From: Oopsacas minuta
Lineage: Eukaryota > Animalia > Porifera
DNA length: 64,000 bases
Direction of reading: 5' to 3'
Assembly (NCBI GenBank): GCA_024704765.1
Contig: JAKMXF010000350.1
Coordinates: 108,972 to 172,971, forward strand
Shown here: piece by piece, positions 12,046 to 26,681 of the stretch
Position numbering within the stretch: position 1 is the first letter of the stretch
How the letters are laid out: the number at the start of each line of letters is the position of its first letter
Made by a program: the position numbers and the translations under genes
Notes under the pieces: generated by a model
The model's input: the letters and a program-made list of their open reading frames with translations, nothing else
Told to the model about the DNA's origin: nothing
The model's database searches: none

Positions 12046-14061
12046 TATAGTAGCCGGAACAGCGTGCAGATTGGGGGATCTGAGTTGAACACATATTCTG
12101 ATGATCTAAATATTAGTGTGTGAAACTTGCAGAGAAGCCGTAGATCAGAAATGTCTATGGTTAGTGTCATTCTAGCATGAGGTAATGGGATTGCCGGTTA
12201 CGAACAGGATGGAGGTTGGGTATCCTGTTGGAACAAATACGAATTCTATCAAATTACTAAGTGTGTGAAACGAGCAAGGGTACTATATATCCATGGTTTG
12301 TGTGATTCTGGTATACAAGAGGGCTACTCATAGGGCGCATGCATTAGTCCAAATTCGTATGTATGTATTAGTCCTAATTTTTGGTGATCGAATGCATGCA
12401 TTCACGGGGAAATTTCGTCGCGAGGAAATATAGTCATTTACTATTGTTGTTTTGAATCTAAAACTCTCAGCAACTCACAGCCTGCTCCAGATCCAACTCG
12501 AATCCAATCTAACACCACACCAGTTATCTAAATAGTCTACTGAAATGCTCATGTTCTCAGCTCAAGCCAATCTAACTAGATAATCCACGAAAATACCAAT
12601 TCTAGCACTTTCCAACGTGAGTTCTAAATACACTCAGCAACTCACAATATAAGATTGAAGAATATCGACGCAAAGGAGGTAAAACTAACGTAAACATCAC
12701 CAAAAAATTTGGACTAATGACGCGACCCCCTACTCATGTAAATAATGAGAATTTAGTACACGAAAAAAGAAAGAATATAGCAATGAGTCAAAATGTTAAA
12801 CGCGGGATTTCTTTGGAAATTAGTGGGGGAAGCAAAGCTCCCCCTACATTACACCCCTCAATTATATACCCCCGACAAATGGTTCTGGGCGGAGAGTTAT
12901 GACGACTGACCAATGTATCCGTCAGGTTTACACATTTTACCAAAATTACAGGACTATACAACTATTCCCAGTAAACCTGGAGCTGGACAATAGCGTACAT
13001 AAAATTACCTTCGACAACATTGAATACATTGTATGGATAGGTCATAGATAGGTGTCCTCAGTACTTTAATACAGGGTCTGGTCATGTATGCAAGCATGTA
13101 ATCCTTGGTAGAGGATTTAGTAACAACTTTGCGATAGTAATATTAACAGAATAATTATAAACTCTATTTATACGCGTTTTGTAACTATCACCTTATATAA
13201 TTTATTATGTCTAAGTAAGACTGATATACAAATTTTGGTATACAAATATTTCATCCAACGAATTATTCTGAACATTTGATCTTTTATTACAGTCTCGATG
13301 TATTTCTCTACTTCAATAGCTTGGCTTCTAGCACAAATTTGTATATTTCAACTTTTCTTATTATCAGGTATTAATTTACTTCATTGTTATACTACCACTA
13401 ATCCGAACTGATTCTACCAATTTCAATTGAGGTTCGGATTAGTAGAAAAGGTCGATATTTATTGTAGTTATATACATACCTACTAACTCCTGGGACTTTC
13501 GAAAAATTCCCTGTACTCCCCAGTTTTGCAATCCATAATTAACAATTTCAAGCTTTTCTTGGGGAAATTAGTACATAAATATTCAAATATTTTCCTGGAT
13601 TCTCTTGTAAAATCCTGGGAAGGTTGGCAAGTTTGCATCTATGAATGTAGGGCCATTTCGTAAAGCATGCGACACTGTGAATAGATTATACTGGAAATTC
13701 CTGTTATACGAAAGTTCTCAAAGATATGGCGTATGCTGATCTTTGACAATCATACTAATTCTTGTAACTTTTGATTTAGCGCCCATCACTTATATATTTT
13801 TATCGTTCAAATTCTCCAATTGGTTAGCTTATAAGAGAGATAATATAGCTAAGACTTGAACAACCTGAAAACCTAACTTTGGGACATTACTCTATGCCAT
13901 TAGATTATTAATCGTGGTTTGTACCCTATAGGCCTCTCAACTATCCAGAATTTGATTTCTCTATTATAAATAGTGTTGATTTTATTTATTTAAGCTCACG
14001 TTTGCCTCTCGCTTGTTGATGCATCATACATTTTATAGTGTATATTCTATTTCTCTTCTAG

Positions 14062-17000
14062 CTACCCTCGATACAGTACATTTACGAATAACGTCAGCTG
14101 GCAGAAAGCACATAGTATCACTAGACACATTATCTTCAGGTGTTAGCCTACTCTGTTCAGTAGAAGCATACACTACCCCTGCTATAACATGGTACTATAA
14201 CAACTCTATTATAGTATCTCCTAACTACACTGACACATCGTCAATTGCTAACAATGGTATCACACAAATACATAATACATTATATGTAATACACACAGGT
14301 GTGTATTACTGTAGAGCAAGTGTAGCACTAGGTTCTATCAGATCTGATGATAACTCTATTGAATTATTTGGTTAGTTTTGTTACTAGTACTTTTATTCTA
14401 GTTTTATTAATTGTATAATTGCTAATTAATTATATAGCATAGTCTCGTGTCCCTCTGGGAATGTATTATATTAATTTATCTGTCTTCTCTAATTGATAAT
14501 GCATACTCCTGACTGGTTTCAAATACATTTACCATTCTAGTCTTGTTAAGATATCGACAGCCCTCAATGGAGTCAGATACCTTAATAATTCTTGTTCACA
14601 TTCTGACATTTGATAAGTGTCTTGAATTTATATCTTTGTATTCGCCGTATTGTTATTTTAATACAATGGAGCTTCCGAACCATGCATGAGTTTTGGAGAG
14701 GTTGTCCCTTCAAGGCGATTCTTTGATATATTATCTATGACGTACATATTTGTAGTTTACAATCTACTCAATACGCATCCTCTCTTTGACAACTGCTTTC
14801 GCTGTATCTGGATTTCGCATTAACCAGAGTAATTCCAATATTGTAGAAACCTTATTTTGTTCAAATAGTTGTTCGTCTTATCCGGAAATTCGTATTAACC
14901 GTGTTCGTATAATTTATAATACTTCATTCATCTGCTCTAGCATTTACACTTTACTACTATATCACTATTTATAGCTCCTCCTGATGTAATTACATTACAA
15001 ACACAGAACCCAACATTAACTATACCACATAGCTGGAGTATTACACTACCTTGTCTGTTTACTTATCAACCCTACTTCTCTATAACTTGGTGGTATAATC
15101 AGAATGTATTGATATCTCACAACAACCGTTATATATCTCATAACGGAAACTTACACATATATCAAGCAAGCACTGACTTTACTGGATTCTATAACTGCAC
15201 TGTAGTTAACAAGTTTACTAATGAATCCTTCTCTGGACCTTCAATCAAGCTATTCGTTAGCAAACGTGAGTTAAATTATTTTACTATTTGAAGAGCATTC
15301 AATGCACTTTATAAACGCGATTAGACACAAAGATTACACCTTTAATATTTATTGGATACCTCATGATATCGATATTATCGACTCTCCGATCTGTCAATTA
15401 TCTGGCTTAGCATCGATTGATTTATACTTACTCTAGGGGTTTGAATATAATACCCAAGAACTAACTACGATAACATTATCGAAATAGAAGTACCGATATT
15501 CCATAGAATCCTGCTATTTCATGAAAACAACCGGTAAAGTAAGCGCATAGAAGAAATCTAGAAATTCATAAGCAAGGGGTCTGTATATTAGTCGTTAGTA
15601 GAATAATTCCAATAGGATTTGTATTAAATATTTTAGCTTAGTAAGAAGTAGAATCTCTTTATAATGAACAAGCTCTTTGACCTTCGGTATAAATATACAA
15701 CCCTGTTTACAATATTTAAGAATTTTATTATAAGTACTCTAAACTTTGTCTAATATCATTATAATTATATAATTATCCATAATCGGGTCTATCTACTGAT
15801 GACTGCATTTATTCAGGTCAAAAGTGTGCCATTTAGCATTATCAAAATATATAGAATTGTTTTAGATATTTACTGTTCTAGTTTATCCCTAGTCCAAATG
15901 TATTAATTACATCGGAAATTAGTGTGTATAGCTGTCATCATGTTGAATTAATCCTAATTTTCCAGTTTGTGAAAAGTTAATTAATTCTTATTTTTTACGC
16001 GAAATATTTTGGCCAAATTGGACTCACAAGATATCTCTGCAAACTATATTATAATTATTATCGGCTCTGGTAATCGGATCACTTTGGGTTTAGCTGATAA
16101 TTAATCGGTGACCCAATAAGCATATGTTACTGAACTTATATGGAGGCCATGCAGTCAGTGCTGTCTTTCGACACGATAAATCTTGAGACGAGTACCTCAA
16201 CTACTAATAAACTGTAGAGAGGAATTTGTGAAAGAGTTTCCCCCTCAAGCGATCTAGCCCGAGTGCTCATTTTTCTAGAATAATAATTTTATAAATGCTG
16301 AAACGAAATTTATTACTCTATCCTTCTCAGTTAATCTTCAAGTCCACAACACAATCTCTCCAATACAACAACCCAGCATTATATACGTATATCCTGACAG
16401 TGTATTTAACCTGGAATATAACAGATACTATGAGCCTCTCTACAATATTACATGGCTGCTTCAAGAACAGAGTAATCAGCGTATGGCTCCTGAGATATCT
16501 AATATAACCATCTCTACTAATTACACAGCTGTTGTGTTTACAGGAGTACAAGAGCAAAGCAGCACTCAAATACAAGTTAAAATTATTTGTGAGTTATTTA
16601 TTTACTATTGTAGTTGCTTCTTTTGTTTACTCCTATTATTCACATAGTCCTTGCGCTTGTTTTACTGCTTCTCATTATCTTAATTCAATATTTTCTCATA
16701 AAGTGTATGTACCCTAGGTCTAGGGCAGTGGAACCTTTTTTCACCATGGACCCCCTATATTCAGCTTTTGGGGTCCACTGATCTCCTGTCATTAACGTTA
16801 GTGCAAACTATGGGGAGTCATAGACTCCTTCTGGGCCGCTAACACCAGTTGAGAACAACTCACACCAGTCATCGTTGCTAGTTTCTGTATATTCCTTCTG
16901 TTACACATAGTGTACCTAAACAACAAACAAATATGAAAATATAATCCTCGAAACTTTGATATTACAAAGCTCCAATACACCCATTTGATAACTCAGTATT

Positions 17001-20000
17001 TGACGTGTACGCACAATATATAGCAGTTATACTATGATAGGATACGAAATTTTACAGTTATTAGTGTACTCTGTTATAATTATCTTGTTCCTTTAATCTT
17101 ATTACTTCTCTCTATTAGCTCCACCAGTCGTCGAGTTAAACTTACCTAACACACGATACATATGTGATAACAATACCATCACTATATCCTGTGACGTAAT
17201 CACTCCTATTCCTCTTACTACTGATGCTAGATGGTACTACAACAGTGAGTTAGTATCCACTGGGTCCTCTCTCCTCCTGTCCTCTCCAGCTGATGAGGGG
17301 TACTATCAGTGCTTAGCTGATAATGATGGAGGCTCTGGATCTGATTTCACTCTACTCAGATATCCTGGTGGTGAGTTTGTCCAAACATATTATACGTGTA
17401 GGTTAACCTCGAAATATGAGATTTTGGCATTGTTAGACTTGTATAAGTCACATTATTATCAAGTATTATATGATTTTGTTAATAATGTTGAGATTTCTCA
17501 TTAAAAATTCGAGAACTACAGTTTTGATGCAAAATATTTATTTCAGAAATTAGCCAAATAGAAGTTACGTCACTAAAAATTGTAGAATGAACGTATAACA
17601 CGTATTATAAATACGTGTTATACGGAATATGTTTTCGTTGAAAGATGTATTAACAACTTAGCTTAATACTTATCTCATTGAGATATTACTTATAAACATT
17701 TATTTAGTTCTGCATATTATCATTACATCTCTCATAGCTCTAGAAATCAACATTACATCCGGTACGAGTATACATGTACCGTTTGGAACTCTTCTCTCTC
17801 TAACTTGTGAAGATATCTATGATACAGTTGAAACGTTTATTTGGACTCACAATCTAATCGTGTTGAGCAATAGTTCTAATCTATATATTCCTTATGTGAC
17901 GTCAGACAGTATAGGAGAATACACGTGTATAGCTTCTATATGTGATAATATGGCTGTTAACGAGTCTACCACACTATCTGTATCTGGTATGTTATATTAG
18001 CAGGCCACTGTTAGAGATATGTTTCTGCTCCACCACCAGCATCTGATTTGGGTACCGCAATAATATTGTCATTATCGTCATTTTTGTCATTATTCCCCAT
18101 TTACTCTATGTAATTTAGCTACAGAGTGTATAAACTAGCTAATAGTACAATTGAGAATACTTTTTCTTCGTCTACCGTACTCTCATATCAAATTTGACTC
18201 ATTTTATTTTTTCTATGAATTACGATTTTCCCGCTGATACGTCACTAAATAATGAGATAATGATGATGACCTGCCCGCCCGCATGTATGCTCAGGTGGAT
18301 CTCATATGGGTTGAAACAAGTTTCTCATAAACAGTGGCCTTATTTACAGATATTACTTAACAAATAATATCAGAGCTTAAGCGCGACGTTTCTGTTCCTT
18401 GCCTGCCTCCCTAATTTTTGTATGTTTGTTTAGCCAAAAATTTAAATATTAATATGGCTGAATATGTAGATAAATTCAATAAGGACGTGTAATTGTGTAT
18501 ATTAGCTAATTGTCATATTCTTAAGAACTATTAGTACCCCATTTTACTATAGCATATCTTAGAAGAAATATAGTCAATACTTTAATACATATTAATATTA
18601 ATTGAATCCTCTAGATCCAATTATCAGACTAATCCAGCTATTAGATTCTCCATCTTCAGTGAATATCAGCTGGCCGTATCACCCCCGAGCTGTGAGGTAC
18701 AAAGTGGAATATCAACGAGCAGAAGAGAGTTGGGAGATTTTAGCAACTACTCAAGAGTTATATATATCTACACAGCTTCAGATTGATATTAGGTTTGTCA
18801 TAGCTCTTAATTAAACCCATTAATTACATTACTAGTAATTATCAAGTGGTTAGGTGTCATCAGTAATTGTTATTAAATATTTGCATCACAAAACTTCTTT
18901 ATATACTCTAGTACGTTTTCCCTTACCAATTTCACTTAATCTAATTGAATATGTTTTACACTTTAGTGTGATATCGCATTATCCCAGTTCATTTTCGAAT
19001 TATCTTCCTATCATATTCTCCGACTTGATAAGTATCAAGTAATCCATGGTTATATTTGCTCTAAGTACTAAGGGATGCTAGAATCGTAGTTCATGCTAAT
19101 ACGTACAAGCTTTTAAAATGTAAACGAAAGAAAGGCGTTTTTATTCCAGATATTTGGTCAAGTTTTATTGAATTTTGTTTACTTTGTTTATAAACATGAT
19201 AAATAGTTAAATAAATAGTTTTATGACTCTCGGAATTGCGAATTCAAATTCTAAATTACATACCATAAATCCTTTCCTTGAGGACAGACAGACAACAATT
19301 GCGATTAATAATGTAGATTTCTCTTTAGCTACACGTTTCGTGTCTCTTACATATTACAAACAGCTGATGGAGAAGAAGAGACTCAATTATTCACTTCAGA
19401 TACAATACAGCTAGGTAATTATAAATACGATCCGCTTCGCTTCTCTCGCTCCGCGGCTTGCGAACACTGTCTTCGCATGTAACTCAGTACTTCGTTCCTC
19501 GAATCTTTTCATGGGAACAACAGTTATTTACGCACAGGTACCCAGAAAGTGTGAATTCGGAATCCGCGTACCAGATTACCCCTGTATAACCATTGAAACC
19601 ATGTTTCTAAGACTATTTAGAAATTTGTTTACCGTAACACAACAATAAGTTTGCGTATGAGAAACTTGAAAATGGGAAATTCAGATTCAGCATATTCGAT
19701 ATGTTTAGTAAAGTTTTTACAATTATGTTTATTTCCTTGGTAAACATGATTTCATATTTGGGACATTAAGTCGTTATGAGGACGAATTTCAATTTGATAA
19801 AACAGAATAATTATCTCTTTGAGTTATCTAATATAGATTCCATTATTTAGATTATACTCCACTAATTACTGTTATATTTCAGTTGTCTTCTACTCAAGTA
19901 TTAATTCGCTGGAATGTAAGTTTAGACATAGCTGTGTCTTAGAGAGATTAAGCCATTATTTCAATTTAATTCAGCTACACTGTAAATAACTAGCTAGCAA

Positions 20001-23000
20001 AATATTCCTATATAACCAAATTCAGCCTAGGAATCTTACAATTTTTTCAATCAATTCTGGACTAGAATGATCAATCAAATTTTGCTGTAAATATACTATT
20101 ATATGAATCTACCTGTTAGTGGGAAGGAGATATAAACAGTTTGAACTCCTTCACTATCCTATACGGACTAGGTGACAGTATATATAACATCAGCCTCCTG
20201 ATTAGTCAACTAGATCTAACTAATGATTATTTTCAAACTGCTATCTCAGATCTTATGGCTAATTCTAATTATTCTTTTCTTATTTACGGAGTTAAAAACC
20301 GCGAGGATATCTGGGACACTCCTTATAGCCCAACAGAATACTTTAGAACTTTACCTAAACGTAAGTTTGGAAAATTTATACTAATTTAGCTTCCTGTTTG
20401 AAATCCTGATTCTGTAAATAAATAAAATTCTAAATGTTGAAATTGGAAAATATATGTGAGTACTTTATTGTAAATAATTAATGGATTGATAAAATATTGT
20501 TATTTGTTGAGGAGATAGAAATCTATAATCCAGGATAAATGATTGACATTATTGTAATACCCAGTAATTACCAGATTTGATTCGGTATTGTTGCAATTAT
20601 TTATTCCTTATGTCCATGGTTATGTTATTAACCTACCCGGCTGGTAAATTCTAGAGAAATTGTTTAACAATGCAGTAGACAAGGGTGGCCTAACCTCCCG
20701 GTGGTCTACCTGTTAAGCAGCTGTGTATACTCTAATATACAGTAAATTCTAGTTATAAACCAAAGTGCTGTGGATATCGGTTTCATTTCTTAATAATAAG
20801 CTGAGTAAAATCAATTACTTTCAAGCTATAGGGGGTATAGAATCACTTCAATATTACAGGAGTTTACTGTATTTTGAATTGCGAATTTTGCGCTTTAATA
20901 ACCTTATTTTAGGATAATTTTGACTGACCAATAAATAATCAATATTCAATCAATATTAATATACTTTACTTATCTAGAGTTGGTTAATCCTCCTGATCAC
21001 TTGAAAGTATTTTATTTCTCACAGACTAACTCAATATCAATATCATACTCATTGCTCTATGTCACACAAGAGTATGGTGAAATACTAGGATACAAAATTA
21101 TTGTACTCATAGTAGACTCTCCATTCGATAGTACATTCTATATACAGAAACCTGATGAAACGTCACGTATTGTATCTCTGACGTCAGGATTCTATCACTA
21201 TATCATACACGTTCTTGCCTTTACAATAGCTGGAGATGGACCTGTATCAGAGCTGTACTTCTCACAACCTAACATCACGACAGGTATTGTGGCCTGTGGT
21301 TGATTGAATTGCTTTGTGTTCAGACCATGGATATATCAGTTTGTATTATTTATTTATTCAATGGTTTATCTGCTTTTTATCTGTACAAACGATTTATATT
21401 CACTGTTACAACCACTTTAATTAAGTCATCTTAATTGGGTAGCGATTCATCGTGATCGGGTTATTTGAATGCAAAGTCAGTAGACGATGAGATGAGTAGA
21501 AAACTATTACTTTGACTACAGAATTTACGTATCAGGAATGTTAATTCGAAAAATTGAAATACAGTCAATTCGGCTTAATCGGGACACATCGGTTCCAGCC
21601 CTTTTGTCCCGATTAAACGGAGTTCTCAATTAACCAGAGATTTTATAATAATGCAATGATGCCAAAATTTTTCTATTTTCAGTCGCAGAGTACCCTAAAG
21701 CAAGTTAACCACTTTATTGTTGAGTAATATCCATCTATAGTAAAGTGTCAACTTTGAAATTTTCAGATCATTTAGTGTCTTCCGTGAATCAATGTTAATA
21801 ATAATCAATAGTAAATAGAATTTGATTTGGCCATATTAATCCTAAATTTGTCCATGTACCAAGCTTATTAGAATTACCAAATCAAAAAGAGAAATTTTCC
21901 CGATTCATCGGTGTCCTAATTAAGCGGAGTTGTCTGTATATTAATTCACCTTCTTATACATGAATTTTAAGAACGTGTAATTTTAATTTGATATTTAATT
22001 GTGCTTGATATTGAGCTATTCCTTACATAAGATACAAAATCTATATTATTAAATCTCAATTGTTATCTGTTTGTTTGTTTGTTTGTTTGTTTGTTTGTCC
22101 GTTGTCAAGGAAAGGATTTACGGTATGCAATTTTAAATTGTCTCATAACTATGTATTTATCGTGTTTATCAAGGAAGTAATAAGAATTCAATAAAACTGC
22201 ACTAAATATATCGAACATGCTGAATCCGATTTCCACACTTTTGGATTAATCATATGAAATTTATTGTTGTTTTTATGAATATAAAGTAAACAAATTTCAA
22301 AATTGAGGTAGAATCATACTTTCAACGACTATCCTGGGGTATTCGAGTATGCTGAGTCCGAATATGATATTAAACAAGGCTTTGGCTAGTTGCTTTGCAA
22401 TGGGCTATGAGCTTCATTATATTATAACGGGTAATACTTGATATACTGTTTCATTTGGCCACTTTTCAATGTGAAATTCGTGTTCAGCTTAAATTGATGC
22501 CCATATATAGCAATTTTGAGCAAGTTTATGTTATCATTCTGAGACTAATTCTACTGCAATTTGTCATCCTTCATCTATCCCACTCAACCATAATTCAACT
22601 ATAGTCTATAATATTTATTAAGTAATTCAACTAAATCAAAACTTTCACTTTATTACTTATCCTTAACTTCAGCTAACTAGACACTGTATAATATTCTGTA
22701 TTAAGATATTGTTTTAGAATTAACTAATAGATAGGTAGTTAGCTATTTGTTATATTATACCCCCTCAAGGCTATATTTCTATTACCTGTAGCATAGAATA
22801 TTATCATTTTCATAGCTTCTTCATATGCTATAATTTCCTTACCCAATTAGGATGAAGTCGTACCATATGATTATTCAATAGGTCAAAGAAATGAATCCTC
22901 CATTACAAACTATCCTAATTTTCTAGAAGCTCATACTGACAAACAACGAATTTGTCTGAGTTTGGCACTTAAGCTAATAAGTTTGATACTTAAGCTAACA

Positions 23001-24921
23001 ATTCATACCACTCGGTTTGATTTGTTATAACTTGACCTTTCATAATATTTAAATCGGTCATCGGTTAGGCCCAGCAGATACCTTTTTGATTCCTCCTGTT
23101 AGTGGGCCCCTTGGACCTCGATATCAATAATAATAATAATTCTTATTTTTGTACTTACTTTAGAAATGACGTCATCATCACCAACTAACTACACACTACA
23201 TCCAGATCCTCTACGACTATATCTTCCTTATGTAATCGCTATACCAACTGCTATATGTCTTACTTGTGTTGTTATTCTGTTTGTGCTGATTGGGAAGTGT
23301 GTTCATATGTATCATCTAAATTCCATTAAAGGTATGTTGTTGTCAAGTTGTAACTGATTATGTACGTTACTGAAAAATAGGGAAATTATCCTCCTACTCC
23401 ATATAGAATATGTAGTAACCATTTTGAAGAAACCAAGAATGAGCTGATAAAGTTTACCAAAAATAAATTCGTCTTATAGCAAATCCGTGAAAAGCAACTT
23501 TTCCGTGTACAATACGTAGAATCGAAGTTTGTATGAGAAATAGTGTGCATAATAGCTAATTCCATAAATCCTTTCCTCGACAATGAACAAACAGACAGAC
23601 TACAATTGCAATTTAATACTATAGGTTCTATCTTCTAATTGTAGTGTTTGTAGTGTTTGTGGATTTTCCTATCTATTTGTATTGTAGAAGAGATTTTTCT
23701 AAGTTGCAAATCCCTATTTTTCATTACATATTGGTAATTCTAATCTTAAGTCAAAATACATGATCTAGTTACCGGATAACTAAGTGAATTTAGTACAGTA
23801 ACTCATTTGGCCATGGTAAATGGTTACTCTTGCAAGGCCTGCAATAAACATCGTGACGAGCGATTTTATATGATAATAAGGGGACCATCCGTGGCTGTCA
23901 AATATCGCGTGACAGTCCCACTTTCGACTGTATCAACTATTCAGGTTTCTATACTGTAATTCTACTTTATTCTCTATAGAAGAAGCTGAGGGAATAAAGA
24001 CTGACAGGTATTATGACTCTCATTCTATGACTGTTAGAAACAAATCAACTGCTAAAGTACAGTTACAAGGGTATGATATCTGTTTTGTGTACACATAATT
24101 TGTCAAGATATTATTATTGAGTTTACAAGTTACAACACTCGGTAGACAGTATCAATAGGGATTACTCTCGTAATAATCAAGTCCGATATAACGAAACTCT
24201 CCTCATGACTAAGTGATCATTTATTTTCTATAGTTTGAAAGAATTACTTTGCATATATAGAATTGAAATCGGGTCCCGAGCACTTGGTGGTCACGTTTGT
24301 GCGGTGTTTTGATTGTAAATAACTATAAATGAGGTATTCAACTATGGCCTATGGGTTGACTATTATTTCGCGTTTTACAATCGCGGGTTACACAAACTCA
24401 TTTATAGATCTAAATTTTTACTGTGTCGAGTATACTTAGTATAAGTTAGATCTAGGGTACTTCCTCCAACTTTTCTTGACTCGTCCATCAACAACAAGAT
24501 TTCCTACTTAGTTATGAGGCATTTTGTTGTAACCAGTTGGTTACTAGTACGTATATCAGGCAGATAGGACATACTATAGTATCCCTCTTTGATTCTTTTA
24601 ATTACATATTCCATTTTCTATAGTGAATATAAATCTCTCGATCCCGAAAAAGCAACTCTAACTATTCCAGGTCGTGAGAGAACACGTGCCTACCAAGTAG
24701 CCACATCTACCCAAGCTACAGAGATTAATATTGTTTCTCACACAAAATTTAAGATTAACTCAACCAATCAACCTCTGCTCGTACCAGACACCGAATCAAT
24801 ATCGCATATCTCTAAACAAAGCTCAATACTACCACTACAAACAGATATTACTACGAACAATCCGTTAGGGTCTGTCAATAGAAACGAGGTCAAGATGTCT
24901 TCACATGAATTTGCTGTTTAG
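14062..24921 (+). CDS. Multi-exon Ig-superfamily / fibronectin type III single-pass membrane receptor (5' end not located)
   Basis: AG/GT-bounded symmetric Ig exons 14062-14370, 14975-15265, 16331-16588, 17119-17370, 17738-17986 (C..W..YxC motifs in four); FN3 exons ~18615-18792, ~20110-20360, 20978-21283; TM exon 23164-23331 (YVIAIPTAICLTCVVILFVLIG); last exon 24624-24921. Small exons may be missed. Confidence 0.75.
21562..21936. mobile_element. pogo/Tigger-like MITE
   Basis: TA|CAGTCAATTCGGCTTAAT ... TTAAGCGGAGTTGTCTG|TA imperfect TIRs with TA flanks. Confidence 0.6.
22040..22370 (+). mobile_element. Non-autonomous Helitron-like (DINE/Lep1-style) repeat, 5' portion
   Basis: A|TCTATATTATTAAATC start, then a (GTTT)n microsatellite and conserved body; homologous copies at ~32040, ~32320 and ~43325. 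No 3' CTRR hairpin end seen. Confidence 0.55.
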
Positions 24922-25462
24922 GTTAAAGCATGTTTCCCTGACTACCACTCTGGTTAGCAAGAATGTAAATATCTTTGTTTGGCTAGTGACGGTTACTGTA
25001 TTGTTTATCCGATTTTCAAATCTCTTCTATTTTACAATTTTAAATATCTCATAGACACAAATTGAATATTATCCTCATTACAAGTTTGTTGTCATATTAA
25101 ATAATTTTAATTCGTTCATGATTACAATATTTTCGGGAGTATGACTTGTGTGTACAGGCAATGCGATGTTTGTGTACAAATATATGGTACGCAGACAGTC
25201 GTCTTGATTGTACACAAACGTCGCACTAGCTTTAACAATTATGATATTTGTGAAATAGTGAGCTAAAATCCACCAAATCACTAATATAACAATATTCTTA
25301 ACTAATTCAATCATAATCCCATCCACCAAGTGGATATCGATTTAAAATACCTAATTTTACGACAGGAGGTAGACAGATATCCAGACAACGTCTATTTATA
25401 TTCAGGAGCAATACTGACACTAATACGTATAAGGGAAAGGCTAGTGCGACGTTTGTGTACAG

Positions 25463-25494
<32 letters not shown>

Positions 25495-26681
25495 TCACAA
25501 ATGTCTCCCTCCGATATTTTCACATTTTTTTTTGATATTATTGGTAAATAGCAACAGATAGATGAAAACTGCTCAAGCGTACAAATGACTACGAAAAAAC
25601 ATAATTCTAATAAAGGTGAGCATTACTCTCTAATTAGAGCCAAAGATGTCTGTTTTCTCTTTCCTGATTTTGATTCTGTTCCTGGAAAACTGTAAATTGT
25701 TCCTTCAGATTTGAAAAATTCGCCTCAAAAGAGCTTATGCGTATTTCGAGCTGTTTCTTCACATCTCTTTCTTGACGGATCTGGTCAGTAAGATAAGCAA
25801 GAGTTCGGTCAATAACTGGTTCTATAATTCAAGTGTAGTAATTTATATCCTCACGACTTGTAATCTTGCTGGCAAGGACTGTCTCCAGGAGTAGAGTGAT
25901 AATATTAAACAATTCGTGATAATCTCAAGAGAAAGATTGGGATTAGGAGAGGCGAAAAAATGTATCAGCTGATAATTTGTGATACATATAGATTCCCTTC
26001 CCTCCTCCTAGACATTTGCAAGAAGTTGTTGATTCTATCTACTGGAAATTATTCATTCAAGAAATTATCAACCGCAATATATTTTAGTTTGACATATTAT
26101 TATCATTTCTTAGTGATGAGCTCTTGATTTGTTACCCAATATTTTGTTTTGAACAGACGTAGCATCATTACTAATGAGTGATAATACATTGAATATACAA
26201 GACTATCATTACATAATTATCTATTCCAACGGGAAAACAATTGCGAACTATCCAGCAATCCAGATTTAGAATTGATCAGAAAAAATTGTATTACTTGAAT
26301 TCCTGCAGGGATTACCCGATTATCATCATGATTCTAGATTAAAGGCTCGTTAGTATTCATTTAATTATTTTTGGTATGTCAGCCATTAATAACACGAGGG
26401 GCATTTGCATATGGGTTTTCTACGTACAAAGCTTAATTTCCAATTCTATCAGTTGGTAATACTGTGCGTACTTGAATCATCGTTTCCTTTCACATGTGAT
26501 AGTGAACTTGTGTTATCATCCTTATTTTGAACTAATCAATTATTATCCTAGCTTATTAATAATTTTATTAATTCTGTATCATATTGTAATAAATTTACTA
26601 GAGAGGTGAATAGGTAGAACTTGACATTATATAAATTGTTGATATACTATCTGTTTGAAATAAATATATCAAAAGCGGTAA

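Noticed and set aside
8908-24921. RAG1-like element near an Ig-domain gene as a primitive V(D)J system
   Set aside because: The transposase is pseudogenised, the Ig exons are ordinary spliced exons, and I saw no heptamer/spacer signals flanking them; proximity alone is not evidence.
25600-26350. Coiled-coil-like minus-strand fragment (…DQIRQERDVKKQLEIRISSFE…)
   Set aside because: Multiple stops and no assignable family.
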